63,641 bases of DNA, filler included, from Jimgerdemannia flammicorona (GCA_003990765.1; 3 parts of 3 records of this genome joined end to end with filler, not necessarily neighbours in it); one strand, 5' to 3'; shown: positions 1-12,750, counted from the whole stretch's first letter. The notes: a model not told the origin generated them from the sequence alone. Translations and numbers: made by a program.

Positions 1-181
1 TGGAGTGTCCGGTTGCGGTGGTTTGGCCGGTGCGGGTTTCTTCTGCTGAGCATCTGGTTGGGGTGGCTTGGCCAGAGGTTCGAAGGATAAAAGCAAACCC
101 GAACCTCTGGCCAAGCCACCCCAACCAGATGCTCAGCAGAAGAAACCCGCACCGGCCAAACCACCGCAACCGGACACTCCA
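1..181. repeat. Perfect 82-bp inverted repeat (fold-back) at window start
   Basis: 1-82 is the exact reverse complement of 100-181, with a 17-nt spacer (83-99). Confidence 0.95.
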
Positions 182-1195
182 CATAAGCATCCAAAAGATC
201 AACAACCGCCGCCGAAGCCGAAAGGTGAGCCTCCGAAACCCGACGTTAAGCCACGAAAGCTCGATCGTATCCCTCTCTTGCGGCAGCAGTTTCAGTCGGG
301 TTTCCCGATTAACAAGGAGCTGACAGTGACAAGGAAAATACAGTCAGGAACATCCATTTTCGAGGCAACTCGTTCGGGTGGTGATAGCTGCATAGTAAAA
401 ATTTTCCCCACTGTGTCAGCGAGTGATCAGGATCTTGACATAATTAGTCGGGAAATGGACATCCTCATGGACATCAAGAACAAGAGCAAAAATGTCGTTT
501 CCGTCAAAAAGACTGGGGAGAACAAGGAGTTCGCATATATCGTAATGGAACAGTGTCACGGAGATGTACACGAGCTAATAGAGAGCCTTAGAGGCAAGGA
601 TAGCCAAGAACATGAGAACGTTGCACGCGCGGCATTCGCCCAAATGCTTGATGGAATTAGCTTCTTACATCGACATGGTATAGCCCATAGAAACATCAGC
701 ACAAGCAATTGTCTGTTCTCGCGCACGTCAGATGGCATACGTTTTTGCTGGACGGACTTTAGGGAAGCAATCAGAGTACCGCAACACCCAATGCGGCCAG
801 TCGGAGGAACGCGGGAGAATATGTCGCCTGAACTTTTTGCAGGCCTTAAATCGTCATATCACCCATTCTCTTCCGATATGTGGGCTCTTTCGATTGTTCT
901 CCTGACGATGATTTCATCTCCCCCGTGGCAAGTGGCGGATACAACTGATCCAGCATATACGGAGTTCGTAAATGACCACGAGACCATTTTTGCAGGTGTG
1001 CCAAATATAACTGAGGAGGCCAAGAAGGTCATCTTGGCAGGCTTAGAGATAGATCCTCTCCGTCGGGATGACATTGGGACCATCCGTAGCCGTTACCGTC
1101 AAGTTCATGAGCTGTTTTCGTTCTCCACATCAACTGGCCCCATAAAAACGGGCCACGGTTTTAGGAAACTATTGGGATGCACTAGCAAGCCCTAA
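68..1195 (+). CDS. Ser/Thr protein-kinase-fold protein, Ran1/Pat1-like, probable pseudokinase; 5'-partial
   Basis: Uninterrupted ORF: Pro/Lys-rich N-terminus, then CIVKIF, IAHRNISTSNCLF (HRD to HRN), DFR (for DFG), GGTRENMSPE, DMWALSIVL, PPWQVADTTDPAY. The TTG start lies in the fold-back arm, so the true start is missing. CpG retained, unlike the neighbouring TE. Confidence 0.85.
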   Translation: MARGSKDKSKPEPLAKPPQPDAQQKKPAPAKPPQPDTPHKHPKDQQPPPKPKGEPPKPDVKPRKLDRIPLLRQQFQSGFPINKELTVTRKIQSGTSIFEATRSGGDSCIVKIFPTVSASDQDLDIISREMDILMDIKNKSKNVVSVKKTGENKEFAYIVMEQCHGDVHELIESLRGKDSQEHENVARAAFAQMLDGISFLHRHGIAHRNISTSNCLFSRTSDGIRFCWTDFREAIRVPQHPMRPVGGTRENMSPELFAGLKSSYHPFSSDMWALSIVLLTMISSPPWQVADTTDPAYTEFVNDHETIFAGVPNITEEAKKVILAGLEIDPLRRDDIGTIRSRYRQVHELFSFSTSTGPIKTGHGFRKLLGCTSKP

Positions 1196-1216
1196 ATGAT
1201 GACAACAATAAAAGAA

Positions 1217-3388
1217 CCATGTGAGCTATACTGAAGCATACAAATACACATATATCATAATATCTTCTAGTGAACCAAGCATATATGATGAAGCCATAAT
1301 CAATCCTGATGGCAAGAAATAGAAACAAGCTATAAATGAGAAATATGATTCACTTATTAAGAACAGCATATGGAATCTAATATCTCTTCTACTAAACTAT
1401 CAAGTGATTGGATCAAGATGAGTATATTGAATAAAGTGTAACATCAATGGTAATATAAAGCAGTATAAAGCTCACTTTGTTGCCAAGGATTACTCACAAG
1501 ATTATGGTATAGATTATGATAAACATTTTTACCAGTATTCAAGATTACTTTGCTTAGAATACTCCTTGTAATCAGTATACTATATGATCTAGAAATCCAT
1601 CAAATAGACATTAAGATAGCCTTTCTAAACAGTGATGTAGATACCAAACTATATATTCATCAACTGCAAGAATACAAATTATACAACAATCAGAATGGTG
1701 ATCTCATATATAAATTATATAAAGAATTATATAGCATCAAGCAAGTAGCATATCTATGGAATAAAAGGATCAATAAACATCTCCTTAACAATGGATTCAA
1801 GTATTATAAAGTAGATAATTATATATATATCCAATATTAAAATGATGGCATAATATTCATTAGTATATAGATTGATAATATCATTATTATAGCTAGTAAG
1901 AATAAACTTAACAGAGTAAAGAAAACTCTACACCAAGAATTCAAGATGACTAATATAGATGACACATCCTTTCTTTTGGAGATATCTATCACATGTAATA
2001 GAAACATGTATATCATATATCTCTCACAAGAAACTTATGCCAAAGTCATTCTTGAATACTTTAATAAGAGTAATGATAAGCCTGTGAGAACTTCAATAGA
2101 GACTTCCATAAAACTAAGGAAGTCCAACAATATACTTAAGACAGATAATGATAATATACCTACTAAGTATATTGCCAATAATATTTCCTATAGACAACTG
2201 ATTGGTTATCTCATATACATATCTTATACTAGAAATGAGGCCTGATATATTATATACTGTAAATAAGATGGTACAGTATTTCTTATACTATGATAATTTA
2301 TATTGGATGATAATCAAGAAGATACTCAGATACTTAAAGAGATTAGTATACTATATGCTCATATTGAGTGGCAGTAATATTAGATTAAGCAAGAGTAATA
2401 GAATCCAGCTAGCTGGTACTTATGATGTCAATTGGGCCAGAGACTTAGATGACCATTGATCTATAACTGGATATCTCTTTCATATTAGCAAAAGTAGTAA
2501 AGAATCTATCATTTTATAGCAAATACACAAGTAGAGTTCTGTGGTAACATCCTCAATACAGATAGAGTACCAGGTACTGTCATTGGCAACAAAGAAAGCC
2601 ATTTGGTTCTATAAACTATTGAAGGAGCTCAGCTTTACTCAAAAACAGAACTTTATACTAATCAAGCAGAATAATCAATTGATGATAGTACTTACCAAGA
2701 ACTCAATATACTATAGTAGAATGAAACATATTGATATACAATACTATTTCATTCATAAATACATAGTAAATAGTACTATATATTTGAAATATATCTCATA
2801 GAGTATATGATTGCAGATTTACTTACTAAAGCCCTTCTAAAGCCAAAGTTCAAGTAGTGTGCTAAAGGAATAGATCTTTCTGGTTAATTATAGGATACTT
2901 TTCAGGCTGTTAAAAGTCTTTTATACTGTATTCTATATCTACATATACATATGTATATTGATTACATCTCTCATCTATAAGTGGATTATGTAGATAATAT
3001 TATATTGCATTTTTGCAAATATTTCAGATATTTCAGAATACTTTTTGACTAGCAAAAATTTCTATATTACTAGTCTTTTACTATATTCTTTACCTATTTT
3101 TATGCTTATAAGCAGGGAATTTTAACCTTTTGTGATTATCTAGATAGCACCCTATTGATTATATTTAGTTTGTCCTAGTTTACTTTTATTCTAGTTTATA
3201 TTTCTTTTTTTGGGGGAGTACATTCTATGTTCTTTTTTGTATATATATCTTATTAAGTAAGAGTATTGAGATAGCAACTCAATATATTAACACATGATTG
3301 GTGATTTCATCAGTCTTATATCATCTATCAGTAATGTATAAAATACATATTCTATATAAACTTAATAAAAACACCCCTCTTTCCAATA
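1217..3388 (+). mobile_element. Ty1/copia LTR retrotransposon, 3' half (RT-RNase H, 3' LTR), decayed
   Basis: Translations YKAHFVAKDYSQDYGIDY, EIHQIDIKIAFLN, RPDILY, KHIDIQYYFI, IADLLTK with many stops; 1217-1520 matches 58555-58860. Confidence 0.92.
3264..3388 (+). repeat. Short copia LTR (~125 bp)
   Basis: TATTG...CAATA (mutated TGTTG...CAACA) after a purine-rich tract; similar to the LTRs starting at 42539 and at 33116 (minus). Confidence 0.75.
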
Positions 3389-3610
3389 TTAGCCAATCTA
3401 TATATATGTTTAATCTGATCTAAAACTAAATATCACCTATCTTTAACTTAAGCCAGAAATATATATTATCTATCTGTAATCTAATCTGGAATTATATGTA
3501 TCTTATCTTTAATCTAATTTAAGAATTATATATGATCTAATCTAAGAAATATATATGATCTGACTCTGACTCATATTTAATCTAATATAGATTCATCTTT
3601 AATCTATCTT
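3389..3610 (+). repeat. Degenerate hAT subterminal 33-bp repeat array
   Basis: Units such as taatctaatctggaattatatgtatcttatctt are C>T/G>A derivatives of the 33-bp unit at 21062 and 58915. Confidence 0.7.
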
Positions 3611-3849
3611 TAAGCTATAAAATATAAAAAAAAAAATATTATACATCTAAGATATATATTTAGAATAAATAAATAGAAATATAATTAGAAATCAGAAATC
3701 AAAATAAAATTATAAATAAATAGAAAGTAAATTAGAAAAATAAGAACTTACTAATGTGAACAGATCTTACTCTTTATTACTATAAACTAACTAATTCTTC
3801 TCTTCCTTATATTCTGAACCATCTTCCTCTATATATTCCAAACTACTTT

Positions 3850-4085
3850 TCTCTATATTCTCCTTCTCTATATCCTCTTTTATACTAATCTCCTCTACAC
3901 TAACTTCTATTTTATCCTCTACACTAACCTCTCTATATTCCTCTATATCAATCTTCCCTATACTAACCTCTTCTGTACTAATCTTCCCTATACTAATCTC
4001 TTCTGTACCAATCTCTCCTATATCAATCTCTTCTATACCAATCTCTCCTATACCAATCTCCTCCATACCAATCTTCTCTATATGA
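3850..4085 (-). repeat. 15-bp minisatellite (ATCTCTCCTATACCA-like); reads as Glu/Ile/Gly pentapeptides on minus
   Basis: Visible 15-nt period; ORF 3791-4066 has EEIGI/GEIGI/EEIDI. Confidence 0.7.
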
Positions 4086-4777
4086 TCTCCTCAATACTGA
4101 CCTCTTTATCAACCTCTCCACTAACACTGATCTCTCTACTGGTACCAACCTCTTTCATCTCTCTATCTTCTCTACTGTTACTCTCTTCTTTCTAGATATC
4201 AACCAAATATATAAATCTACTATTTATTAGTTATATATAAAGTGTTTTGTCATTCTTCACTAGTACTTATTCAAATATGGTCAGCAGTTTTTCTTATTTA
4301 TTCATAATGATAATTCTATCTGAACAATCTTACTTATTCTATACTTTGGTATTTACTTTAAAGCTAGTATAGTATGATAAATATTTTATAATTTTCATAT
4401 AGTTTTTTATTACTCTTATGACTTCTTGCCTCAGTTGGTCATCATGTACTTTCTTAATATATTTATTGACTATAATAAAAGATATTTAATGTCTAATTTA
4501 TAAGACCTTTTCTCTGTAAGGTTTAAGATATCTGAGAAATTAATTTGATAATAATCTCAGTTAGTACCTAGATAAACTTAATTGCAAAAATGGCAATTAA
4601 AGTAAGATTTTTAGTCCAGCCTATGCTTAGAAGCTAGAGGATATATATATATTTTAAATATTATTAGAAAAAAAATTCAAACATTGATTTTTTTAAAAAA
4701 AAAAAAAAAAAAAACTAACTTTTTTAAACTATATTATTAAAATCTGATAGGGGACCTTATATTTATAAATTGGTAGT

Positions 4778-5380
4778 GAGCTAGTAGTTAAGAAGCTAGA
4801 GATCTGAAGGAGTAAGCTATATAGCAGCAAGCTGATAGTAGAGAAGCTGAAGATCTGAGAGAGTAAGCTATATAGTAGTAAGCTAACAGTCAAGCTAAAG
4901 ATTAGAGAGCTGAGGATTAGTGAGCTGGGAGTTGGCAAGCTTGATAACATGGGTATCAGTAAGCTAGGCATCTTTAGGATACTGAGCTTTGGGAGATATA
5001 TTGAGCTTAGAGAGAGCCTTATAAATACTTATTAATTAGATAGCTATATCTATATATTCTTAACATAGTAGTGAATTAAGTGAGATAAAGCAAAGGATGA
5101 GGTAAAGTAAAGAATAAGGTGAAGTGAAGAATAAGACAAAGTAAAGGATGAGATAAAGTGAAGGATAAGATAAAGTGAAGAATAAGATAAAGCAAAGAAT
5201 AAGATAAAGTAAAAAATGAGATAAAGTAAAGAATGAGATAAAGTAAAGAATGAGAGGCAAAAGTAAGCTTTTGATATATTAAATATTCAAAATCTAAAAT
5301 ATCTTTTAGAAGCTCTTTTGGAATCTCTTTGAAATCTCTTCTAGAAGCTCTTTTGGAATTTCTTTGAAATCTCTTTCAAA
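4778..5380. repeat. Cluster of short tandem repeats (51-bp x2, 18-bp x~10, 12-bp x~6) in a decayed unclassified element
   Basis: gagtaagctatatag recurs 51 nt apart; aagataaagtaaagaat-like units at 5078-5255; gaatctctttt-like units at 5300-5380. Confidence 0.65.
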
Positions 5381-8300
5381 ACTCTGCTAACAAATACCAA
5401 TGCAGTGTACCCATCTGTGACTCCCCATCAGAAGCCTCTAAACCTCATACACTCAATGTTCTGAAGTCCAACCAAGGACAGTAGATCTTCTGTGGAGCCT
5501 CACAGTGAGGATCTCATCTCTCAGACCTTCGTCATCAAGGGAACCCAGCTGCCATCTCTCAGCTCTATAGCTTTCTTTAACCACTATGCTCTCAGATAGT
5601 GTAATCTCTTTGGAAAGTCAACTAGTCCAAGTTCCCCTCTAGTCACTGGCAAAGACAAGATTTTCCAGCTAATTTGACTCTGCCTCTTGATCCAAATCCA
5701 CCTCTTGGTCAATTTCAGCAATCTCTTCACTACTCAGGCCAGGAAGTTCAGATGATATGCCAAATTCTATAACTTCGGCAGCCAGTAAATATTCAAGACA
5801 GAAATACACTCTGCCAGAGATAGGTAGTGGCCTCTCCAACTCCTCAGAGCCTCCCCCCAGATAGCAACCCACTGCTCTTATCAGAGTCTTAGTAGGACTG
5901 ACCCATATATTGAGAGATAGATACTTAAGTATCTCACTGTCTCTCCAGTAGGGACAATTGTTCCAATGACATCCCCTCCCACTAGATCATTACTCAGCAC
6001 CATTGTTTCACACTTATGCCAATTGAGTTTGGCCTCAGAGTATACCTCATACTACTCCATAGTCCTCTTGAGTTCTTCAACATCAGTAATTGAGCCCAGG
6101 CTGACTACCATATCATCCACAAAGGTGCTGACTTTCCACCCAATGCCAAATACTGAAAGCCCTCCTATTCTTTGCTGAATCTGATTCATCAAAGGCTCCA
6201 AGGAGAGTATATACAAAATAGGGGACAGTGGGTCTCTCTGAAGAACACCTCTATCCAGAGAGAAAGCCACCCCTTGATGTTCATTACACATAATTACAGC
6301 TCTGCTCCCTTCCAGTAGGCTGATCATTGTCACTTGGAACTGTTGCAGTATACTAATCCAATCTAGTACTCTTGCTATCTCGATCTGCTGAATATGGTCA
6401 TATGCCTTTTTCTGATCTAGGAAGACTAGGCACCTATCTAATCTACAGACTCATGCCCCTTCAATAATGCCATATACACAAGCTGTGTCATTCCAGCTAA
6501 GCCAGTCCCTGACAAAGCCCTGCTGCTCCTCTCTCAAGACCTATTGGGCTACCTTCTGCAGCCTCACTACTACCACCTTAATAACTAACTTTCTATCTAT
6601 ATTCAGTAGTATGATCAGCCACCAGTTCTTCCAGTCCTCTCTCCTGCTCTTATTCTTATACAGCAGTACCACCAGTCCTAGATCCTGCTTACCTACCCAT
6701 CTTCCAGACTGTAATACTAAGTCACAAAGTGCTCTCAGCTCTTTCAGTACACCAGGAACACCCACCATCTTCTTCCAGAAATCCCAGGGCAGGTCATCCT
6801 CCCCTAGTGCCATGCCCAGTATAGTCATGGCAAGAACCTAGTAAATCTCCTCCTCCTGCATCAGCAATACCAGATCATCCAGTCCTTCTGTCTGTGGAGA
6901 GTGCCAATCCTCCAAGGCATGATCAATGGTAGCAGCATCCACCCCACCCTCCTCCTCACTCTATAAGCCACTCCACCTCTCCTTTAATGATCTGAGAATA
7001 TCTTATATACCATGCATCAATAGTCTCTCAGAATCTGGTATCTCCTCCTATTGCTGCTGAACTCTCCTTGCCTGAAGAGCCCTCATGAGAAACTTAGAGG
7101 GCCTCTCTCCTTCCTCCAGCCCCTGCCAATGTAGCTGTACTGCCAAGCTCTGCAATATCTATTGCAACTCTACAACCTCTGTTTTTACTTGTAACAATCT
7201 CCAGTCCTCTACCTCCTCCAGGGCTAACAAATCTGCCCAATCTTTCAAGAGCTTCATCAGTCTAGCAGAAGTCCATATCATCCTTTTTCTCTTCTATCTA
7301 CCAGTCACTCTGCCAGCCTCCCCCTAATAGACCCTAGCAGCCTCTTTCAGCTTCATCTACCTAACTCCAACTGGGGTATCTTTCTGTATCTATCCCTCTA
7401 CCTTCCACTGAATGTCCTCAGCCCACTTGTCCCACAATACTGTATCATCTAACAAAGAGAAGTTAAGACACTAATGTCCTGGTCTATCCTCACTCCACCC
7501 AAATGGCCCTGTCCCAGCAATCCCCAATGATCAGACCACAGACACCATTCAGCCTCCAGTAATCTCCAAACATCCAGGCCCCAGCAATCTGCTGTCAAAA
7601 TCTAGTTAATCCTTGTCTCCAGTTCACTGGCCCAATGCAGATATACCCTCCTGTTACCCCAAAGTCTCCTGCCCACATCTATCAAGATACTCAGCCACTC
7701 TACTTCCTCCTATGTCTCCAAACCTTCACTCCTACCCTCAGCTCTCCACTCACCATTAGTGTATATCTCTGACTATATTAAAGTCCCTGCCAAGCATATC
7801 CACTCCAGTCTCTGCAAGAGCCCCTCCCTCCTGAAGTCCCTTCACCCAGTAAATACACTCACCTCGGACTACAGGACATTAGTAGGATTCTACTGTAACT
7901 GGCTCCTGACCAGTACAAATCCACTCTCCCCAAACCAGTCTGTATATATCTCATACCTCCCCTCTGCCCCTCCAGACCAGAATCTTAACCTTGCCCTTCC
8001 AAACTGCCACCTCTTCCCATTTCTTTATCTATTCCAGTTTATCCAAATTATCCTTACATCTGACATCCTGCAAAAGAAAGAGATCAGCCTCCAATATCTT
8101 CAGCCAAGCAAAAATGTTCCTTTATCAAGACAAACTCTGTAACCTATTTATATTCAAAGAAAAAATATTGGTTGTACTGTTCATAAGAAATAATGTGAAA
8201 TAGCAAACATATTCTCTACTGCTCTATATTCATCACCTCCTGAGCTAAGTCCAGATCATGTTTTATAGCCAATTTCTCCTCTTTAATTCTTTTAGCCTCC

Positions 8301-10312
8301 AATCTAATCAGAAGTTCTGCAAGCTCTCCATCCTCCTTCTCTTTGAATTCCTCATGATATTCCAGGCAGGCCTTCTGTTAGAGCTGCAGCCCATACCTCT
8401 CTACTCAATAGAAAATGGCCTGCTCATCAGTAGCAACTACCAGCTCAGCCTCCCTCTCTTTATCAATCTCATATCCTTCCTCCTCCAGGAAAACTGCTAG
8501 AACCTCTGCCTTCAGTGCCTCCACCACTCTCTTGCTATGCAGGATATGCATTCAATGCTCCTCACTCATCACTTGCAGGTCCACCTCTCCCAACTCCTTC
8601 ACTACAAAGTTATTCATCATCTTGCACATCCATTGAAGGTTTCTCACCTCCTTCCTCCCTGGGGTCGCTGGCCTCCCTCCATACAGTATTGAGATATCTA
8701 TCTCAGCACTTATATCCTCATTTCACTCCTTCTCTTGGACATCCACCAGTTCATCCTCACCAGCCACCACCACCTGCCCCCCCTTCACTACTTCAGAAAC
8801 TCCAAAGCATACTTACTAGGCTCCCCACAAGGGCACATCCTCTGCCACCCTACCCCTCAAAGCTGGACCTCATCTGATAAAAGGTGTAGGAGTTGGGTCA
8901 TCTTCCCAGACCTCAAAGATACCATCCACATAAGAGTCATAACCAGTTGCCTCCTTGGCTACCTCTGGCCCCTTCCCTGCATTCTCTCCTCCTTTGCTAG
9001 CTCAGATACTCTCTTTGGCTCTCCCCATGATTTCAATACTACTAGTATCCTTCCTAGCCCTGCTTTCAATCTTTGCCAATAGCTCTCTCTATCTCTTGCA
9101 TCTCTGGGACCTTTTTCACAGCTCCTTATCTATATGAATCCTCTTTCCATCCACTACTTCCAAATGCATCAACTTCATATACATCTTCCAAGCCTTTGCC
9201 CTCTACTCTACAGCCCCACTTAACTCCTCTAATGCCTCCAACAAGTCCTCTTCCTCCTCCTCACTCCCCTTCACCCTTATTACCTTATATAAGAAAGCCT
9301 CCCAAACTATCACTAAAGACCAGTTCCTAGCCTTCCCAGTAGCTTTCTTCCCTGCCAACTGAATCCTAATATCAATATCTCTTGTTCTGAACAAGGTCCC
9401 CTCCCAGACCCAGAACCCAACATCAACCACCTCTCCATACTCAGTCATAACTCTCATGACTCTCTTCCTCATCTCCACAGTGGTCACTGTGAGCACTTCT
9501 TTTATCAGCAACTACACCACCCTGGGGTCCCACCTTAAGTAATATGTCATCAGAACACACATCTCTCCAATGGTCATCCCAGCCTTCAGTACTTCCTCCA
9601 ATAACTCAGTCTTCTCAAAGCCCACCTCCACTCTTTCTAATTTCTTCAGGAACTTTATAGATGCTGCTCCAGCCACCTGTTTAGCAATTAGCCCCAGCAC
9701 TATTTTTGTCATCACTACTAAGCCCCTGAAGTACAAAGTAACCATAAACTCTGAGATTGATTTCTTAAGTAACAGGGCTACTATCAGGCCCATCACACCA
9801 TCTGCCAGATCTCCCATCCATCCAAGCCCCATTCTCTCAGCCCCACCATTAGTACTCATATCTGGATTTTTTTCCAGATTGACAGTCCTGTTATCATCAG
9901 CTATCACACTTGTCCCAACTACTACACCCCCAGCTCTACTGCCCCTATTGCCAAGGACTGCCCCTTCATAACCAGTTATCTTCCCTGTCTCCTTGCCCTT
10001 CCTCAGCCAGCCCTCTAACCCAGATGCCAGCTGTCCTCTCTTTGCCATATCTATGAAACTCACCCTTCCTATCCCCTGCCCTCCAGCCCTGCTCTCTCTC
10101 TGTCTATGGCCTTTCTCCAGCAGACCCCTCATACTTCCCCTCAAGCCAGGGCCCCTCCCCACATGCTATCAGTTGAATGTGCTAGGGCCACCCTGCCCAG
10201 TACACACCTCAGAACATATATTGGTCACTATATTACTAGTCACTTTTCTCTAAAAACTGTGTTGTGAGTACTGCCAAAAGGTTGTATAATCTGAATGTTA
10301 CCAGAGAAAGAT
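5381..10312 (-). mobile_element. L1/Tx1-like LINE (ORF1 + APE-RT ORF2), 3'-truncated, decayed
   Basis: 5' motif CTTTCTCTGGTAACATTCAG shared with other copies; ORF2 begins MNSTTNIFSLNIN (~8184); GEDDLP, LQRDPLSP, FVDD motifs; collinear with 48801-53760. Confidence 0.92.
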
Positions 10313-10717
10313 ATCTGCTAAGATATCTTCTTCTACCAAATAGTCTGACCAATAGTTCAACATTACATTATACTGTAAGAATCTCCACTATGCTATCCAA
10401 ACTTGGAGGAAATCTATCTCACCACTCACTTGCTCTAAGACCAAATGCTATTTCAGTCTCACTTTTCACCAATCTCTATCCTCTGCTAAGTCTCTGGCCA
10501 TAAATCTTTCCCATGCTCCTGAAGATATTCCATACTATCCTCTAAACTAAAATCATCCACCAGCATACCCTTCAATAGAAGATAGTCCCACCTTCACATC
10601 TGGGGTCCCCAGTCTACCTCCTCCTCATCACTCTGCTACTGGAGACCAATTTGTTAAGCTCTATCAACTACTCCTCACCAGAATCTCCTAAAGCACATCT
10701 TCTGGCTTCTCTCTAAT
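10313..10717 (-). mobile_element. LINE fragment (ORF2 C-terminal region)
   Basis: Reverse complement aligns by eye to ~47400-47800. Confidence 0.7.
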
Positions 10718-12736
10718 TATAAGACAGTTACTTATAAAAGTACTATTATATAGTTCTGAAAGGGTTTTCTGGAAGTTCTGGATATTCTTAAAGACTATTT
10801 TCTTAAGGTCAAGATTAATTTCATATAGAGTATATCCTCTATACTTATTGATTTCAAGATCAGATTGATATCTCAACCAAAGTCCTTTTTTGGACTTATT
10901 CTGGATGTTCAAGATTTTCTGTATTTTAAGAAGTTTAAGAAACTAAAACTAGCTTAGTTGAATTGGTATATTGTTGCAGATAATACCTAATTAGAAAATT
11001 TTATAATATAGTTAAGAGTGGGATCTAACAAGGTACAGATTTACTTAAGAGGGGTTTGGGGATTATTAAATAGGTTTATTTATTATTCATAATATTGCTA
11101 TACTAGAAGTATTGTGTGAAGGGATATTGTGGGGAAGTATTCAGAAGTTATATTTAGATCTGTTCTTGTCTGAGATTCTGAGGTCTGGGGGAGGGGGTAT
11201 TTATACTAATATAGACTATGCTAAATATAGATGTAGTACTTAGTTCCTTACTGAGTTAGAATGCAGTCATGTAGTATAAGAGTGAACTGATATATCAAGA
11301 GATTGTCTGATTACTGAGTCAGTATACAGTCATATCATATAAGGCTATACTAATAACTACTAAGCTATCTATAGATTTAGATACTATCTGGGTAGTCTTC
11401 AATGCTATTACTATCAATGACATCATCTCTGATGAAGTAGTTATCTAAGAAGAGTGGTTCTTGGATTACTTCTCTCTATTTGCTCAGATAATAATACATT
11501 GGGACTTCATCACTATTTTACAGAATAGCATCTGTCTTGTATACTGAGTATAGAGTTGGTAGATAAAGGAGAGGTATATCATCTTTACTTTCATTAGATT
11601 TGCTGTCTGTGTACCTTTTATAAATAATGATACTATGAGTTGTAGAGTTGTAGTATGCTGGCAGTTGTACTTTATATTGCTCATACTTAGGTAGTGGGGT
11701 TGTTGGTTTGATCAAAGGTTGTCTGAAGATATAGGTTATATTCTCTAGTTTCTTCATTGTAGTTAAAGTAGTCAAGTATAAATGTGAGTTAGTACTCATA
11801 CTAGTGGTCATTATTCCAATAGATCTTATAGGTGGTTATGAACTGTTGTAAGTTTATCAACAAGGTTAGTAAGGTAATTAAGGCTGGTAGAGATCCTTAG
11901 CTAGAGGTCATGTCAGTGTCAGAGAGATTGTTATCTTCTGCTTCATCATTATTGAACTGAATTATATCATAGATATCCTTCATAGTATATCCAACTTGGA
12001 GTATCTATAGAATATAGTTATTGAGATATGAGAATATTCTGTCTATAGTCTGAATATACTCAATATACTTATGATTGAGTTCTTGTACCATATTATCAAT
12101 TTGGCCATAGGACAGAGTAGTAATCATTTCAGTGATAGTAACTCAGAGATAAGGAATAAAGGTACTATACTCATAGAAGAGTTCTTGGTATTTATGAGTG
12201 ATGAGTTTCTAGTATTGAGATATCTGGATAATATTCATATTATAGTAGTGTTCAATCATATCTTTTAGGAGGCAGCTAATCTGATAGTAGCTTAAGATTT
12301 GTCTGATTCAGTGGGCTTCACTGAGCATATTCAAGACATTCCATCATGTTTCTATAAAGTAGAGAGGTGCTAGGCTATAGATATTCATGAGAGATAGAGG
12401 AGGTGTAGCTCAGTTAATAATAGCATTCCAAATGTCAGCATAGATATAGTTGTAGATCTCAGTAGTCATATTTATATATATGTTCAAGAGTTAGAGTTGT
12501 TTGTTTGATTTATTGTAGTTCTCTATTTTGATATATCTGAGTACCCAGTATATATATATTCAGTCCTGATTGATAAGATTCTATTTGTATAAATTTTGTA
12601 TTCTGTAACTTTGAGTTGACTCAGCTTTATACTCTGTGACTTCAGTTTGACTCAGCTTCATGATCTTATATGTGATTTCTGGATTTGATCTGAGGGTGAT
12701 ATGTGATTTCAGTGGCTTGAAGGTTGTGTGCTTACA
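10718..12736 (-). repeat. ~2.0-kb gypsy 3' LTR
   Basis: Starts TGTAAG just after the PPT and ends CTTATA (mutated CTTACA) where LINE homology resumes; TATAAATA at 11198-11205 and AATAAA at ~11076-11085 on minus. No second LTR in the window to confirm it. Confidence 0.65.
11377..12469 (-). pseudogene. Decayed ~360-codon ORF of unknown function inside the gypsy LTR
   Basis: ATG at 12469 (MTTEIYNYIYADIWNAII...); frame holds ~190 codons with sparse stops, then a frameshift into the 11518-11811 frame ending at 11377. Confidence 0.6.
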
Positions 12737-12737
12737 A

Positions 12738-12750
12738 CTCTCCCCTTCTT
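12738..12750 (-). promoter_or_regulatory. Polypurine tract of the gypsy element
   Basis: AAGAAGGGGAGAG followed by t-TGTAAG on minus. Confidence 0.8.

Noticed and set aside
10972..10980. TGTTG as the gypsy LTR end
   Set aside because: Non-LINE sequence continues to 10718, where a better inverted match to TGTAAG lies
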